The translations under genes were made by a program, and so were the position numbers. Of a stretch of 64,000 nucleotides of DNA, positions 18,898-28,203 are shown in pieces; positions within the stretch are counted from its first letter, which is position 1; each line of letters starts with the position of its first letter. The notes beneath the pieces are model-generated. The model did no database searches, was not told the DNA's origin, and saw only the letters and a program-made list of their open reading frames with translations. The stretch comes from Thermoplasmatota archaeon (GTDB lineage: Archaea; Thermoplasmatota; E2; JACPAO01; JAHFTW01): positions 32,001 through 96,000 of the forward strand of contig JBFIHX010000007.1 in the NCBI GenBank assembly GCA_041601615.1. Reading direction: 5' to 3'.

Positions 18898-19059
18898 CGA
18901 TGCGGTGGAGGCGTGTTAGCACAAGAGGTCGGCGCTGCGGTTCTCACTTATCGAAATCGTGCCGGTTTCTCGAAGGAATTGGCGGCGGCCGAAGGCGAGG
19001 CGTCGACGGTCAAAGGAAGGAAGGGTGAGGTGTGATGTGGCGTAGGCATACTTGGGGAT

Positions 19060-19422
19060 CTACGCGAGGCAGAAGCCGCCGTTGCCAAAGTTGTCGTACC
19101 ACTCGATGCGGCAGGAGCTGGCGCCGGGGCGCACGCAGACGCCTTGGTCGATGTCTGGGCCGACGAGCACTTGTCGGCAGATTTCGCCAAAGCCGAGGGT
19201 GACGGCGGGCACGATGCAGGTGTCGCGGCCGTAGTTGTTGTAGATCCAGACGAGGCAGTCTTCACCTTTGACGTCGTAGCAGATGCCGGAGTCGATGTCG
19301 GGGCCGTAGAACAGTTGCTGGCACGCCGCAGTGGGTGCGCTGTCGGCGCTGGCGGTGGGAGCGATGGTCACGAGGAGTGTCGCGGCCAAGATGCTTGCGA
19401 GGAGGGGACGGTGTCCAATCAT
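19060..19422 (-). CDS. Small secreted Cys-rich repeat protein C
   Basis: MIGHRPLLASILAAT..APTASA; two 4-Cys modules GPDIDSG / GPDIDQG. Confidence 0.85.
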   Translation of the reverse strand: MIGHRPLLASILAATLLVTIAPTASADSAPTAACQQLFYGPDIDSGICYDVKGEDCLVWIYNNYGRDTCIVPAVTLGFGEICRQVLVGPDIDQGVCVRPGASSCRIEWYDNFGNGGFCLA

Positions 19423-19471
19423 CAATCGCAGTATGCGGACGGGTTCATGAGTCCGCTGCTTTGGTCCTGTT

Positions 19472-19678
19472 CTATCTAGGTTCGGCCGATATAGGGCCTT
19501 GTTTGGACGGGCAGCGGACGGAGCCGTAAGAGCAGTAGACGCAGCAATCGCCGGGAAGCAGGCGCAGCATGGCACCACATCCAGTGCAGGTGTAGGCAAT
19601 TTGACATGCGTCTATCGGCATTCGTGCTTCGTTGGCCGTGTGGCATCGCGAGCAGGTAATGGTCGAATGAATCCGCAC
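19472..19678 (-). CDS. GDCCVxC domain-containing protein
   Basis: STITCSRC...MPIDACQ..Y.CTGCG..L...PGDCCVYCSYGSVRCP; GTG start inferred. Confidence 0.85.
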   Translation of the reverse strand: MRIHSTITCSRCHTANEARMPIDACQIAYTCTGCGAMLRLLPGDCCVYCSYGSVRCPSKQGPISAEPR

Positions 19679-19898
19679 ACCATTCCATGGCCGCAGCGTA
19701 GCAAGGATGCTTTGATTGGGGCCGGATTTTGGACAGCTTTTCATCACACACTTTTTCTAATAACCAATGGTAAGGAATAATTTATCATCGTTGACATTTC
19801 ACGGGACTCATATTATTGCTTCAAATCCCAACCATCAAATCAAAATCCGCTAGGGAGCGGCAAAGCGTTCAACTATCGCCGCGGGGCAAGAGGGTATC

Positions 19899-20279
19899 AT
19901 GGACAGAATGCACCCCATCAGAATCCTCTTGGTCGAGGACGAGGTGACGGACGCCCGCATCGCCTGCTTGGGCTTGCCCCCGGAAGCCGGCTACCACATC
20001 CATCATGTGCGCACCGGCCGCGATGCGCTGGTGGCCGCTCGCAGCCACGCCTTCGACCTAGCGCTCCTTGACCATAGGCTCCCGGACCTTTCCGGCGTTG
20101 AGGTCGGCAAGCGCCTGCGTAGCGACGGTTTTCGCGCCCCGCTCGTGATGATTTCTGGCGTCCTTCAAGACGCCCTAGTAGACAAGGCGTTTCAAGCCGG
20201 CATCGACGATTTCGTGGTCAAGGAACATGGCTACGGTGATCGCCTTGCGGACGCGGTGCACGCCGCACTCGGAGTATGA
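19899..20279 (+). CDS. Single-domain response regulator (REC)
   Basis: ILLVEDE, LLDHRLPDLSG, AGIDDFVVK. Confidence 0.9.
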   Translation: MDRMHPIRILLVEDEVTDARIACLGLPPEAGYHIHHVRTGRDALVAARSHAFDLALLDHRLPDLSGVEVGKRLRSDGFRAPLVMISGVLQDALVDKAFQAGIDDFVVKEHGYGDRLADAVHAALGV

Positions 20280-21517
20280 ACTCCACCCGCGAACTCGTCC
20301 AGAAAGTTCAGCAGTTTGGCGTACCGGAACCTGAGGGACGCCTCTACTACCACCTGTGCCGCCTGGGTCGAAGCACCGCAGCCGAAGTGGCCCGAGCCGC
20401 CGGCATCAGCCGCACAGACGGTTATCGCCTTCTGAGCCAGATGCAGGAGCGCGGCCTTGTGGAGAAGACCCTGGAGCGACCCGCCCGTTTCGTACCCGTG
20501 CCGGTGCGTGAAGTGCTGGACCGGTTTCTGACGGATCGCCGACGGTCCCTCGATGAACTTACGACCCTACAGGACGCCCTCGCATCGGCCTGGCCGCATG
20601 GCGAGGAATTGCAGACACCGGACCGTCGCATCAGCACCCACAGGGGCCGCAGCCAAGTCCAAGGACTCGTGGAACGCATCATCGACGGCACTGAAGAAGA
20701 CCTGATTCTCTCGACAAACCTGCGTGCCCTGGCGACCCTAAACCTGCAACGCATCCTGGAAAGGCTCAAGGGAAGGCGCGACGCGGGAGTTCCCGTCCGT
20801 GTGTTGACGTGCATCGAAGTACCGGATATTCCAATCATCAATCAACTATCCAAGGTTGCCATGATCCGCCACCTGGCCCTGGGCGAATACCATGAGATGC
20901 TCATCGCCGACACCAATTCTATTGCATTGTTTGTAGGTGGCAGCCATGGCCGCGACCCCGACGGAGGCCACGAGACATTGCTGCACCTAACCGCCCCGCC
21001 GTTCGTCATGGCACAAAAAGCGCTCGTGGACCAAGAATGGAGCCGAGGCATCGACCTAGCGGAGCGAATCCGGGAACTTCGCACTGGGTCCTTTCCCGAG
21101 CGCGCCGAATTGCTTCGAGGTCGCTGGATCCGCACCGAGCGCATGAAACAGATGCTGTTTCGAAACGACCGCGTCACCATCCTGGCCCCCGCACACGAAT
21201 TGCGCCGCTGGGAATCCAATGGAGTGGCTCGCGTGCTGCGCCGGCGCCAAGCCGAAGGTTGCGTCATGATCGTCTTGAGCAACACCCAACCAGCCCCCGG
21301 CACAAGCGCCGGACGAGGCTACGAATTGCGGCGCATTGCGGGCACCCGCCGCCTGCTCGTACTAGGCGGAACCAGAGAGTTGCTGACTGTCGAGGAATGC
21401 CCAGACAAAGCCGGCTCCACCAACGAAGCTGAATGGAGCACGTGGACCACAATTCGCTCCGCCATCGACGAGGCCCGCGACCGGTTGGACGCTGCTTTGG
21501 CTCGCGCCAAATTCTGA
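20276..21517 (+). CDS. TrmB-family transcriptional regulator
   Basis: N-terminal wHTH 'TAAEVARAAGISRTDGYRLLSQMQERGLV..RPARF'; ATGA overlap with REC gene. Confidence 0.85.
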   Translation: MNSTRELVQKVQQFGVPEPEGRLYYHLCRLGRSTAAEVARAAGISRTDGYRLLSQMQERGLVEKTLERPARFVPVPVREVLDRFLTDRRRSLDELTTLQDALASAWPHGEELQTPDRRISTHRGRSQVQGLVERIIDGTEEDLILSTNLRALATLNLQRILERLKGRRDAGVPVRVLTCIEVPDIPIINQLSKVAMIRHLALGEYHEMLIADTNSIALFVGGSHGRDPDGGHETLLHLTAPPFVMAQKALVDQEWSRGIDLAERIRELRTGSFPERAELLRGRWIRTERMKQMLFRNDRVTILAPAHELRRWESNGVARVLRRRQAEGCVMIVLSNTQPAPGTSAGRGYELRRIAGTRRLLVLGGTRELLTVEECPDKAGSTNEAEWSTWTTIRSAIDEARDRLDAALARAKF

Positions 21518-21944
21518 ATTGAATGCAGCAACGCATGGCTATTCTTGGAGGCCCCATGGTTGCTTTGACGCGGCGCGCCCGGGCCACTTCTGCGGCCGCC
21601 CCGTTTTCCGGCTACCTTCTGGCCCACGTGCCCTTCTGCCCCATTTGAACCAAACCAAGAGCAGGTCGATTTCGACGCTCCAAGCAGCCCAAGCCGATGC
21701 CCGCGCCACCCCTCTCCCCGGCCCCGACTCGCGCCCGGTACCTCGGAAGACGGTGAGAACTCCACGGGACGGCCCAGAACGGCCCGCCACTGCACGGCAC
21801 GGCGCTGCCCGAATCTCGGTCCGAATCAGTTCATGCTGGTCCGCGACCGGATTTGTCTGTCTGTCCACGGACAAAAAACGAACCATCACTCCCAGCGGCT
21901 CCTGGCGCTCCGCCCTCGGCTAGAAACCGGGGGCGGTGACCCCC

Positions 21945-22484
21945 ATGAACACCACAACCGCCGCAACCCACGCCCGCATCCACGCCCTCGTCCGCGCCGA
22001 CCCCGGCATCCACATCCGCCGCATCGCCTTCTTGACCGGCCTCTCCTGGAACACCATTCAATACCACCTGCGCCGCATGGAAGCCAAAGGCTCCGTCGCC
22101 AGCCGAAAAGTCGAAGGGAACGTCTGCTACTTCGACCGAAGCTCCGGCGCATTCCCCGGCAAAGTGGGCCAGGCACTCCTGCGCGACGCTCGCAACGTGC
22201 AACTTGCCCGCCACCTCGTTCAGCACGACGGCCTCAGCCAGAAAGAACTCTCCGAAGGACTAGGACTCGCCGCCAGCGTCATCCACCGCCGGGTCAGCAA
22301 ATTCGAGGAAGCCGGCCTCGTCGACCGCGTGCCGGAAGGCCGGTCGATTCTGGTGTTTGCCCGCGACGACCTAAGCGTGGGTTTGAACCGCGTGGGGTTG
22401 CTGCCCCGGGAAGTGGAGGCCGACGTGACGATTCGCACCGGCATTCCCGTTGTCGAGCCCACCGCGGTCCACGCAACCCTGTAG
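21945..22484 (+). CDS. Double winged-helix transcriptional regulator (archaeal COG3398-like), soluble
   Basis: RIHALVRADPGIH..WNTIQYHLRRME; second HTH GLSQKELSEGLGL. Confidence 0.85.
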   Translation: MNTTTAATHARIHALVRADPGIHIRRIAFLTGLSWNTIQYHLRRMEAKGSVASRKVEGNVCYFDRSSGAFPGKVGQALLRDARNVQLARHLVQHDGLSQKELSEGLGLAASVIHRRVSKFEEAGLVDRVPEGRSILVFARDDLSVGLNRVGLLPREVEADVTIRTGIPVVEPTAVHATL

Positions 22485-22961
22485 TCTAGGCCCGACTTGT
22501 CCCGGAAACGAGGTCGACCCCCCAGCTCCGAATAAGCCCCATCCTGTTCCCCCATGACCCTCACGAATCATGGGCTTGCGGCATCCGACTAAGCGTCACG
22601 AAGACTTGCACCAGGGGACCGTGGCACGTTTCATCAGTTCCCTCGGCGATGTCCGGAGCTTGCCCGGCAAGCCGGCCCTCCTTCATCCCGCTCCGAGGAC
22701 TGTGTCGTTTCTGCGCCCGGACGGCCACTCTCGCAGCCACCCCTTCTGGGGCACCCATTCGCGGTGTGGGGACTTTCCTCACTGCTAGGCAGCGTAAGCC
22801 GCGCTGAAGCGAGGGGGTCGAAGTGCGGCGAGACAGGAGCTGGTTATGGCCGTTTCCGAGGCCCCCGCCTCACTTGCTGCCGTGGCGTTCGCGTCGAACG
22901 TGTCGTCGATTGCCGCCGTAGACTCCAGAACACTCTTTTGCTGTGCTGCTGCCCTGGGTGA

Positions 22962-23357
22962 ATGACGACACGCGAGGGTCAAATTGGCCTTGCATTGATG
23001 GGGAGTGTGTTTCTTGGCATCTGGTTGTACGGATTGATGTTCAGTTTTGACCCGGTCGACGGGGAAACCCAAGACGTGGGGCGTTGGTTTGGCTGGGGCA
23101 TGGTGGGCCTCGTGATGGCGGCGGCCGGTTACGGCATCCGGGCCCTTGGCGGTGTGCCGCAATTGGTGTCCATGATTTTGCTTGGCTTGTTGTCCACGCT
23201 CGTGGTGATGGGCGCGGTGCTCAACGAAAACGTATACATCTTTGCCACCCTTTGCTCCGGCATCGGTGCTGGCTTGATTGTGGCCGCGATGCCTCCTCCT
23301 CGGGTGCGGGACCATGCCCCAGGGCATTTTGGCGAATCAGACCAGGATCAAGCGTAG
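22962..23357 (+). CDS. Hypothetical 4-TM membrane protein
   Basis: Four hydrophobic segments. Confidence 0.6.
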   Translation: MTTREGQIGLALMGSVFLGIWLYGLMFSFDPVDGETQDVGRWFGWGMVGLVMAAAGYGIRALGGVPQLVSMILLGLLSTLVVMGAVLNENVYIFATLCSGIGAGLIVAAMPPPRVRDHAPGHFGESDQDQA

Positions 23358-24352
23358 GCGTCGTTCCAGGGCAAGACCTCGAGTGTGTGGCCAGTGCACG
23401 TGGTGTGGCATGCGTCGGTGGCACTGAGGGTCCAGGTGCCGGGGACGGGAAACACGACGCGAGCCTCCCAGGTGCCGGGGTCGCTGGTTTCGCTCCATTC
23501 TGCATAGACGGGCTCCGCTCCTTCCATGCCCCAGCCGGATTTTCTCGGGTCGAACGATTCGCCCGTGTCTTCCACGTCGTGCACGAGCATGTGCACGGGG
23601 TGACCGGCGACCATCCATAGTGGGTGGTCGAGGGTGCCGAATCCAATGTTCCATTCAATGCCGGCGTCAAGGGCGCGCACGAGGCCAAGGGCGTCTAGGT
23701 CAGCGGGCGGTGGCAGCAAATGGGCGGTGTTGAGGACCACGTCGGTGATGGGTCGGTCGAGGCCGGGAATGGTGGGCTCTGCGTTGATGGCGCGCACCAC
23801 GTCGAGGCCTTCGAACACCTGCCCGAACAGTGTGTAGGAGCCGAACACTGCGCCCGTTGGGCCGGTGGGGTTGGTGAGGTGCGGCTGGGGCGTTTCTGCG
23901 ATGAACCATTGCGAGTCGCCGGAGTTGGGATCGAGGTCGCGGGCGAGTCCGACGCTGCCGGCGGCAAAGTGCAGGCGCGCATCCGATTCGAATGCCACCG
24001 TCTGGCCGCTGCCCAGTTGCCCGGTGCCGCTTGGATCTCCGCCTTGGATGACGAAATCGTCCACGACGCGGTGCACGATCGTGCCATCGTAGAAGCCTCG
24101 GTCTGCCAGTCCGCCAATGTGGGCGACGGTATGGGGCGTCCAGGCTTCGAACAGAATCATGCGGATTGTGCCATGGTCGGTCTCGAAGCGCAGTTCGGGC
24201 ATGGCTCGGACTTCCTCTAGAAACTTGAGCAACTCAGGGTCCGGCAAAAGATCCGTGTGCGTGTCCGGGATCAAGTCTGAATCCGTGTCGGAAAGGCAAC
24301 CAGAGACCATCACCAGTGCCAGGGTCAGCAAGGCAATCGACAGGCGGGTCAC
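23348..24352 (-). CDS. Cyclophilin-type peptidyl-prolyl isomerase, lipoprotein with C-terminal extension
   Basis: VSGC lipobox; FYDGTIVHRVVDDFVIQGGDP, SQWFI, YTLFGQV; start inferred. Confidence 0.9.
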   Translation of the reverse strand: MTRLSIALLTLALVMVSGCLSDTDSDLIPDTHTDLLPDPELLKFLEEVRAMPELRFETDHGTIRMILFEAWTPHTVAHIGGLADRGFYDGTIVHRVVDDFVIQGGDPSGTGQLGSGQTVAFESDARLHFAAGSVGLARDLDPNSGDSQWFIAETPQPHLTNPTGPTGAVFGSYTLFGQVFEGLDVVRAINAEPTIPGLDRPITDVVLNTAHLLPPPADLDALGLVRALDAGIEWNIGFGTLDHPLWMVAGHPVHMLVHDVEDTGESFDPRKSGWGMEGAEPVYAEWSETSDPGTWEARVVFPVPGTWTLSATDACHTTCTGHTLEVLPWNDAYA

Positions 24353-24496
24353 GCGGAGGGCAGGGCGGCGCACAGGCTCGCCATCGGTGCTCCGGTGAAA
24401 GAGTTTGGAAGCAGCGGCTAGGACGCACGGCGTGTGCGTGGGTACCTGGGTTTGCTTGCGGTACGGCCTTATGGCGCGGCGGCTCGGTCCGTCGTG

Positions 24497-25243
24497 ATGC
24501 GTGAGGCGCTTGAGAACTTCTACCGCAACCACCGGGTCGTTCGACCGCCAACGCAGCAACCCGACCCGACCGTTCCCGTGGACCTTGTGTGCTTCGACAT
24601 GGACGGTGTTCTCATCGATGTGGGCAGCAGCTGGGTCATGGTGCACCGCCACTACAAGGTAACCAACGAAGCAGGCCTCGAAGCGTATCTCAACGGCGAA
24701 TTCGACGACGAGGAGTTCATCCGCCGCGATGCCGCCTTATGGCTGCAACATCAACCACAAATCACGCGCCGCCATTTCGAGGAGATCTTCCAAGAACCCC
24801 CGTTCATGGGTGGCGTGCAGCGCACCATCGAAACCTTGGTGGGCGAAGGCATCGAATGCGCCATCGTCAGCGGCGGCGTGGACGTCATGGCCGAAAACGT
24901 GGCCGCCCGCCTCGGCATCCACCACGTCAGCGCAAACGGCTTCGTGTACGACGAGACGGGCCACATCACGGGCGAGGGCGTCGTGCGCACTCCCCTCAAC
25001 GACAAGGCCCGGCCGGTGCTGGAATTTGCCCGCGAACTTGGCGTGCCACTGGATCGAGTCCTAAGCATCGGCAACAGCATGCCCGATGTCAGCATGTTCG
25101 AAGTCACAGGCCGCAGCATCGCATTCCACCCCGAAGACGATTACACGCGCCAACACGCAACGTGGACCATCGAAGACGGGCCCCTGGACCAAATCCTGCC
25201 CCTAGTGCTTCGTCCCGGCGAGCACCAACCCTACGTCGAGTAG
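24497..25243 (+). CDS. HAD-IB phosphatase (phosphoserine phosphatase-like)
   Basis: FDMDGVL, IVSGG, K, IGNSMPD. Confidence 0.85.
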   Translation: MREALENFYRNHRVVRPPTQQPDPTVPVDLVCFDMDGVLIDVGSSWVMVHRHYKVTNEAGLEAYLNGEFDDEEFIRRDAALWLQHQPQITRRHFEEIFQEPPFMGGVQRTIETLVGEGIECAIVSGGVDVMAENVAARLGIHHVSANGFVYDETGHITGEGVVRTPLNDKARPVLEFARELGVPLDRVLSIGNSMPDVSMFEVTGRSIAFHPEDDYTRQHATWTIEDGPLDQILPLVLRPGEHQPYVE

Positions 25244-25923
25244 GCCCCGCCTCGGGCCGAGGATGCTTCCAAACCGGAAACGTGCTCCAGGTCGTCCGCA
25301 AGCTCTCGGATGTGCACCACATGGGTTTCCATCTCCCGCAGCACTTCCAATTGATCCAAACTCAGCGAATCATGCAGTTCTCGCTGCAAGCGCCGGATGT
25401 CCTCCGCCAACACCCCCAGTGGTTCGCGTAGATTGCGCGCCGCCGCTTGATAGAATCGGGTCTTCTCCGATTCCAATTGCGTGCGCAGCCGACGCTCCAT
25501 GTCTTCGCCCAGAATCCCCATGCGCTCCTGTTCATGCCGGGCACGGGCCACGGACATGCGAATCTCCTGGCACAAGTCCTCACGAGTGATGCCGGCCTTG
25601 GTGAGCAAGTCCTGAGCGCCCGCCCGCACGGCCGCAACACCTTGCCCGGCCTCCTCCATGCCGGTGAGAATGATGATTGGGACACTGGGAACGAGTGCTT
25701 GGATCACCTCCACCGTGTCGAGGCCGCTGCTATCGCTGAGGTTCAAATCCAGAAGAATTGCATCCAGGGGTTCGCCGCCGCGCAATCGGTCACGCGTCGC
25801 GAGCAGGCTCGTGGCAGATTCGGTGACAAAGCCGCCGTCGGCCTCCAGCCAAGCCGCCAACAAGTGCTGAAACACCGGATCATCTTCCACCACGAGGACG
25901 CGAAGGGGCTCAGTTGCTTGCAT
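25231..25923 (-). CDS. Response regulator with degenerate HisKA-like C-terminus
   Basis: VVEDD, LLDLNLSDSSG, GAQDLLTK; 'FYQAAARNLREPL'. Confidence 0.8.
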   Translation of the reverse strand: MQATEPLRVLVVEDDPVFQHLLAAWLEADGGFVTESATSLLATRDRLRGGEPLDAILLDLNLSDSSGLDTVEVIQALVPSVPIIILTGMEEAGQGVAAVRAGAQDLLTKAGITREDLCQEIRMSVARARHEQERMGILGEDMERRLRTQLESEKTRFYQAAARNLREPLGVLAEDIRRLQRELHDSLSLDQLEVLREMETHVVHIRELADDLEHVSGLEASSARGGAYST

Positions 25924-26168
25924 GAGTCACCGTACTTGCGCCATCACGTGGGCAAAAAATGAATGGAATCAAGACCCCAATACACGAATTTAGCCCATTG
26001 GCATCTTGGATACGAACCAATTGTCGGCTTAGCCCCGCGACCCCATCATCAGGCACTCTTCCAGGTTGACCTTCACCCACGCAGCACGCCCCCACTCGCC
26101 CAGACACGATAGGTTCGAGCCAATTGCAGCGTTTTTAGCCTTTGCCCCTGGAATGGGTGGCAAGCACT

Positions 26169-26498
26169 TCAATGGCTCGCCAGCAATGCACCCTCAAGCC
26201 GCAAGTGCGTCATGCGCCCATCTCGATCAAAACTCAAGACCGCGCTCCCCTGTCCGCCCCCGCCATCGACGCGGGTCACGTCCCAATTCACCATCACCAC
26301 ATTGCGCACCGCCCGCACCACCACGACCTGGCACGAAGCAAGCGGCAGCACCGCAAATTCCCCAAGCATCGCACGCAAATCCCGCTCGACGCCAAGGCTT
26401 GGCAACGACACTCGGGCATCCGGGCTTGCCCAAGCATCCACGTCAAAACCGGCTGAATCAACCACCGCTTTGGCCAGTTCCGCAACGCGCTCGCGCAT
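26169..26498 (-). CDS. Hypothetical protein, possible NTF2/SnoaL-like fold
   Basis: 'VVMVNWDV...GSAVLSFDRDGRMTHL' pattern. Confidence 0.45.
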   Translation of the reverse strand: MRERVAELAKAVVDSAGFDVDAWASPDARVSLPSLGVERDLRAMLGEFAVLPLASCQVVVVRAVRNVVMVNWDVTRVDGGGGQGSAVLSFDRDGRMTHLRLEGALLASH

Positions 26499-26527
26499 GT
26501 CCACGGCCCGGCAAGTCGGAGGATGTG

Positions 26528-26534
26528 GTTTAAG
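26528..26534 (+). promoter_or_regulatory. Putative TATA box of pepA
   Basis: GTTTAAG about 25 nt before ATG 26559. Confidence 0.5.
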
Positions 26535-26558
26535 CGCCGCTGCCCGGTGGCCGCCTCC

Positions 26559-28091
26559 ATGAAGCTCTCCTGTGTTTCGCCCAAGCAGGCCAAGGCCCAA
26601 TTCGCCGTGGTCGGTGTGGCCTCCAAGGACGACGTCCGCACCGCCCCCAGCCTCGCCACCTTCGGCCTCCAGGACGACAAGCACATCCAATGGCTGCTGT
26701 CCAACGAAACCACCGGCCTCGGCCTCAAACAAGTGGTCGCCATGCCGACCCAAGGCGAGTTCGGCATTTGCCTCGTGGGTCTTGGCGAACCCGAAAAACT
26801 AGACCAGGAAAAACTCGCAGCTGCATTTTCCGCCGCACTCAAACACCTCAAGGGACTCGGAGTTGCCACCGTCGCAACATCCCTCATCACCGACGCCACC
26901 GCCAACTCCAGCGCAGACGCAGGCCTTGACGAAGCAACCGCCATCCAAGCCCTCGTGCACGGCGCCATCGCCGGCGACTTGAGTTTTGACCAATGGAAAG
27001 GCAAGGGCGACGACGCAGAAACCGGCAAGAAGGCCAAGAAGGACAAAAAGAAGGCCGCAATCGACGTGGTCCAATTCATCCACGACAAACCGGCTAGCAT
27101 CCGCAAGAACGTGGACGCCGCCGAAGCAATCCAAGAAGCCGTCAACGACGCTCGCCTCATCGCCAACACGCCCGCCAACATCGCCACACCCAAGTGGATG
27201 GCCGACGAAGCCCGCGCACGCGGCAAAAAATACGGATTCAAAGTCAGCGTCAAAGGCCGCGCTGCCCTGTTGAAAGAAGGCTACGGTGCCCTGACCGGTG
27301 TAGCCCAAGGAAGCACCAACGAGGAGCAACTCGTTGTCATGGAATACACACCCGAGAAGACCACGAAGGCCACCAAGACCATCGTGGTCGTCGGCAAGGG
27401 TGTCACTTTCGACTCCGGCGGCATCAGCATCAAGCCCGGCCAGGGCATGTGGGACATGAAGTACGACAAGTGCGGCGCCTGCAACACCATCGCCCTCATG
27501 GGGACCCTCCAGCGCCTCGGCGTCAAGCACCGCGTCATCGGCATCACGCCCTGCGTTGAAAACATGCCCAGCGGCACCGCCCAGCGCCCCGGCGACATCG
27601 TCACGAGCAAAGACGGCACCACGATCGAAGTCCTCAACACGGACGCCGAAGGTCGCCTGATTCTTGCGGACGCCATCACCTTCGGCCGCAGCTTCAAACC
27701 CGACTGGATGTGCGACATGGCGACCCTCACGGGTGCTTGCGACTTTGCCGTTGGACCCACCTATGTGGCCGTCATGAGCAAAAATGATGAGCTTGCCACC
27801 AAGTTTGTCGACGCAAGCAACAAGTCCGGCGACAAGGCCTGGCGCCTGCCCCAGGGCGAGGAATACGACGAGGCAAACAAGGGCACCTACGCCGACTTGC
27901 AAAACATCAGCCTCACCAACAAGGCCGGCACCAGCATCGGCGGCAGCTTCGTGAGCCACTTTGCCAAAGACACGCCCTTTGTCCACCTAGACATCGCCAG
28001 CAAGGCCTGGACCGGCGGAAACGGCGTCTTCGCGAAAGGGCCGACCGGCGCTGGCTTGCGCATCGTCGTGCAAGCAATCCTCGACAGCTAG
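26559..28091 (+). CDS. pepA: Leucyl aminopeptidase (M17)
   Basis: VGKGVTFDSGG, MKYDKCGA, NTDAEGRL, ATLTGA. Confidence 0.96.
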   Translation: MKLSCVSPKQAKAQFAVVGVASKDDVRTAPSLATFGLQDDKHIQWLLSNETTGLGLKQVVAMPTQGEFGICLVGLGEPEKLDQEKLAAAFSAALKHLKGLGVATVATSLITDATANSSADAGLDEATAIQALVHGAIAGDLSFDQWKGKGDDAETGKKAKKDKKKAAIDVVQFIHDKPASIRKNVDAAEAIQEAVNDARLIANTPANIATPKWMADEARARGKKYGFKVSVKGRAALLKEGYGALTGVAQGSTNEEQLVVMEYTPEKTTKATKTIVVVGKGVTFDSGGISIKPGQGMWDMKYDKCGACNTIALMGTLQRLGVKHRVIGITPCVENMPSGTAQRPGDIVTSKDGTTIEVLNTDAEGRLILADAITFGRSFKPDWMCDMATLTGACDFAVGPTYVAVMSKNDELATKFVDASNKSGDKAWRLPQGEEYDEANKGTYADLQNISLTNKAGTSIGGSFVSHFAKDTPFVHLDIASKAWTGGNGVFAKGPTGAGLRIVVQAILDS

Positions 28092-28111
28092 GCAGTACTG
28101 CCTGACCTGAG

Positions 28112-28198
28112 CCGGGTCGTCGGCCACCGGCCGGCGGCCCCTCCTGGGTAATCCGAGGGCGCGAAGGGCCCTAGGGGTGTACTACCGAGGGCGCGAAG
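28112..28198 (+). repeat. Dispersed multi-hairpin palindromic element, copy 3
   Basis: Same first stem with loop acc; second tandem unit truncated; lies between convergent genes. Confidence 0.85.
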
Positions 28199-28203
28199 TA
28201 CCG

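Noticed and set aside
19472-19747. Selenoprotein recoding in the GDCCVxC gene
   Set aside because: No in-frame TGA; all positions are Cys.
21519-22960. Small ORFs or ncRNA in the intergenic gaps around the soluble wHTH gene
   Set aside because: No recognisable motifs, codon pattern or tRNA/sRNA structure.
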